From Phyllosticta citribraziliensis (Eukaryota): DNA of 64,000 nucleotides. Below the pieces are notes generated by a model, which worked only from the letters and a program-made list of their open reading frames with translations, was not told where the DNA came from and did not search any database. How positions within the stretch are numbered: position 1 is the first letter of the stretch; the number at the start of each line of letters is the position of its first letter. The stretch covers positions 1,488,001 to 1,552,000 of the forward strand of contig NW_027117339.1 in assembly GCF_038025025.1 (NCBI RefSeq), given 5' to 3'. A program made the translations under genes and the position numbers. Positions 61,784 to 64,000 of this stretch are shown in pieces.

Positions 61784-62716
61784 ATGGCAGCTAACGAGTC
61801 GAGCGCACAGACTTCCAAAGCCCCGGAGATGGCCGGTCCAGTCCGTCTTCGCCTTAAATTCAAAGAGAGGAGGCGTCGTGATCCTTTTGAGAAGATGGCG
61901 CGGGAGAGGGCTCACTACAACATGAAGAGCAACAACTTGTACCGTCAGTTCTTCGAAAAGCTCGAAAAGGATATCAAGTTCATCCGAGACGATATTGACG
62001 ATTTGAACACCACGGTTTCCCAAGCTCTGGTCAAGGCGTATGGTGGAGACCCAGGCACGACAGTCGAAGATGCTCTTGCAATGGATGATGACCCGACTGA
62101 GTCTCTGCGACAACTCATATCCCAGGACTTCAGACCCTTCGACAGCTCGCGGAAAATTGGCCGTCATCTCAAAAAACTGGCCCTTCAGCCCTTGATTCCC
62201 ATCATCCAAGGTCTCCGTCTTCCCGTGGGCAGGTCCACTCTTGCCATCCAAAAGACCTTGTCTAATCTTCCTGGTCATTGCACCTTCGAACAAGAGCTCG
62301 AGAAGGCCAGAGACAACTCCCTAAAAAAGTTTCCAGAGTATCCAGAGGCCTTTCGAGTGGCGGCAGATTCTTTGGATATCCTGGTCCAAGAGCTCGATGA
62401 CATCAACAAGCAGAAGGAGGCCGTCAAATCCTTCCTCCATGCCTACAAACGGACCTATGTTGAAGGAAAAGACTACCCTTGGCATATCAAAGATGCAAAT
62501 TTAGGTTCGTGGAGAACATTTGCTAGGGCTGTCCCCGTGTCTGGCAAGATTGGAACGGAAATGGATATGAAGGTGGACGCGGCCACCAAAGCGGTCGGCT
62601 GGTACCAGCACGAGCGGATTGCCGACTTCGAAAGGCAGCTCGACCTTCTCAACAAGTACGAGGAAACGCTGTCAACCGAGGAGATGCTGTCGGCCTGGGA
62701 AAAGCCGTCAACCTAA
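61784..62716 (+). CDS. Hypothetical charged, helical protein (~310 aa)
   Basis: First ATG at 61784 in AAGATGG context, TATATAAA at ~61503, long uninterrupted ORF. No recognised motif. Confidence 0.6.
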   Translation: MAANESSAQTSKAPEMAGPVRLRLKFKERRRRDPFEKMARERAHYNMKSNNLYRQFFEKLEKDIKFIRDDIDDLNTTVSQALVKAYGGDPGTTVEDALAMDDDPTESLRQLISQDFRPFDSSRKIGRHLKKLALQPLIPIIQGLRLPVGRSTLAIQKTLSNLPGHCTFEQELEKARDNSLKKFPEYPEAFRVAADSLDILVQELDDINKQKEAVKSFLHAYKRTYVEGKDYPWHIKDANLGSWRTFARAVPVSGKIGTEMDMKVDAATKAVGWYQHERIADFERQLDLLNKYEETLSTEEMLSAWEKPST

Positions 62717-62949
62717 TGGACTGGCAGCAGATCTTGGTGAGAGGCGGCAAGTCCCTCAGAATACTTCTCGGCTTTCCCCTTGACGGGCCTGGTGGAAAAA
62801 GAAATTGTCGACAAATTGAGCAAAAAAAGCGATGGCGAAAAGGACGCCGGATTGAACAACAAATGGATCTCATCAAAAGGGCCAAGACTTCAAAGGTCCC
62901 AAAGGATAACTCGGAGGATGTTGATTTCGGAAGTTTGGGTCGTGGGGAC

Positions 62950-63200
62950 GTGGATTGAAGGTTCTTTGGAGTGATGGAAATTTCTTGGGTAGTTTGCTCT
63001 TTGGCAGTTTGCCATGATGGCCATGGGTACAGAGACTCTCTCTTTGGGAGTCTCATGAAAAGGTTGGTTTGAGGTTCTTCGGAAGCGATGGAATTTTCTT
63101 TGGCAGTTGGCTATGGTGGCCCCAGGGACGGAGAGACTCTCTCTTCAAAAGGCTCATGAAAAGTTTGGTTGGAGGTTCTTCGGAAGCGGTGGAAATTACT
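62950..63200. repeat. Imperfect ~100-110-bp tandem duplication (~2.5 copies)
   Basis: AGGTTCTT(C/T)GGA..G(A/G)TGGAA recurs at ~62959, 63072 and 63174. GAGACTCTCTCTT...CTCATGAAAAG occurs at ~63032 and 63133. Confidence 0.8.
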
Positions 63201-63664
63201 TTGGAAGGTTATGAAGGCCCTGGTGCAGCGGGATTGCGACACCGGAAGGGCAAAGAAGTTCAACCTCAGGAGACAGGCAAAACTCATTCTCATTTGCTCC
63301 ATGGCCTGAAAGAGGTGACAATCCACAAACATGGAAATCACAGAAAATGACTTATTCTTGCGCATGGAAGACACGCTCCACTCACACATTGTCACATCCC
63401 TAACTTGCGAGAGCCTCCGTCGACACTCATAGCAGCCAGTTCTCTTGCGTGATACCGGCGAACTGACCTGACCATGTCCATCTCGGCGCCCAAGTCAAGC
63501 TGGCGACTGACCATGCCGAGCTGTTTATGAAGAGCAAACTTGGTGGCTTCTCCAACATGTGGAACTTGGCCATTTGTCAACTTGCCTCAGCAGCAGCGCT
63601 CAAGTGCCCTCTCCTCCGCTCACCAAACGCACGAAGCATCAGATCCTGCAAAGCTCCAGTCAAA

Positions 63665-64000
63665 ATGCCTCCCAAAGAGAACCCCAAGCCTTCTGGCGAC
63701 GGTTGCGGCCCCGAAGACACGAAGCAGACGACGGACAAGCGCAAGGAAAAGGCATGATCTCAGTGCCACAGCCATCTGAGTCACACCGTCCACTGACTTC
63801 CACCAGATCACGCAGCAGCCAGGCGAGCCATTTGTCCCGAAGACTTTGGAGGATGTCGAAGTATGAAACCTCCCAAGTGAACATTTGGAGGAGCACAACG
63901 CTAATATCGCGTAGAAGAAGCGCAAGGCAGACCGCTTTGTGCGCGAATTCGAGGCCAAGAGCAGGGAACTCCAGAAATACTTCGAGGACCAGGACAAGTG
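63665..64000 (+). CDS. Hypothetical protein, 5' part (runs off the window)
   Basis: MPPKENPKP...KEK|ITQQPGEPFVPKTLEDVE|KKRKADRFVREFEAK stays open after removing introns 63752-63806 (GC-AG) and 63861-63914 (GT-AG with GCTAAT branch point). Confidence 0.6.

Noticed and set aside
63755..63914. Apparent in-frame stops suggesting a RIP-damaged pseudogene
   Set aside because: All the stops fall inside two plausible introns that have branch points and acceptors.
1..64000. tRNA, rRNA, transposon or telomeric sequence
   Set aside because: I saw no tRNA A/B-box cloverleaf, rDNA-like segment, transposase/RT motif, terminal repeat or TTAGGG array. Small ncRNAs could be missed without tRNAscan/Infernal.

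Overview
GC-rich eukaryotic DNA from a filamentous ascomycete. Most genes carry short (~45-65 nt) GT-AG introns with CTAAC/CTGAC-type branch points; a Dothideomycete-like origin is my inference only. I can support about 23 protein-coding genes. Housekeeping genes: ALG11, COX18-like, MPP10, UTP15, MRPL22, PRP24, MRF1, TMEM234-like. Secreted or cell-wall enzymes: a GH79, a type-B carboxylesterase and a Crh-family GH16. Others: an SPX/VTC-like protein, a siderophore-iron MFS transporter, a PhyH dioxygenase, an amino-acid permease, a GGT-like enzyme and three orphan ORFs. The most interesting part is 30.4-44.7 kb. Here the known Zn2Cys6 regulator/Pad1 (UbiX)/Fdc1 (UbiD) aryl-acrylic-acid decarboxylation module is directly flanked by an A-T-R carboxylic-acid-reductase-type NRPS-like gene, an amino-acid permease and a D-2-hydroxyacid dehydrogenase. 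The Fdc1 also carries an N-terminal extension that looks like a mitochondrial presequence. I found no tRNA, rRNA, CRISPR array or transposon. All product calls come from recognising motifs by eye, not from database searches, and exon boundaries were read manually.
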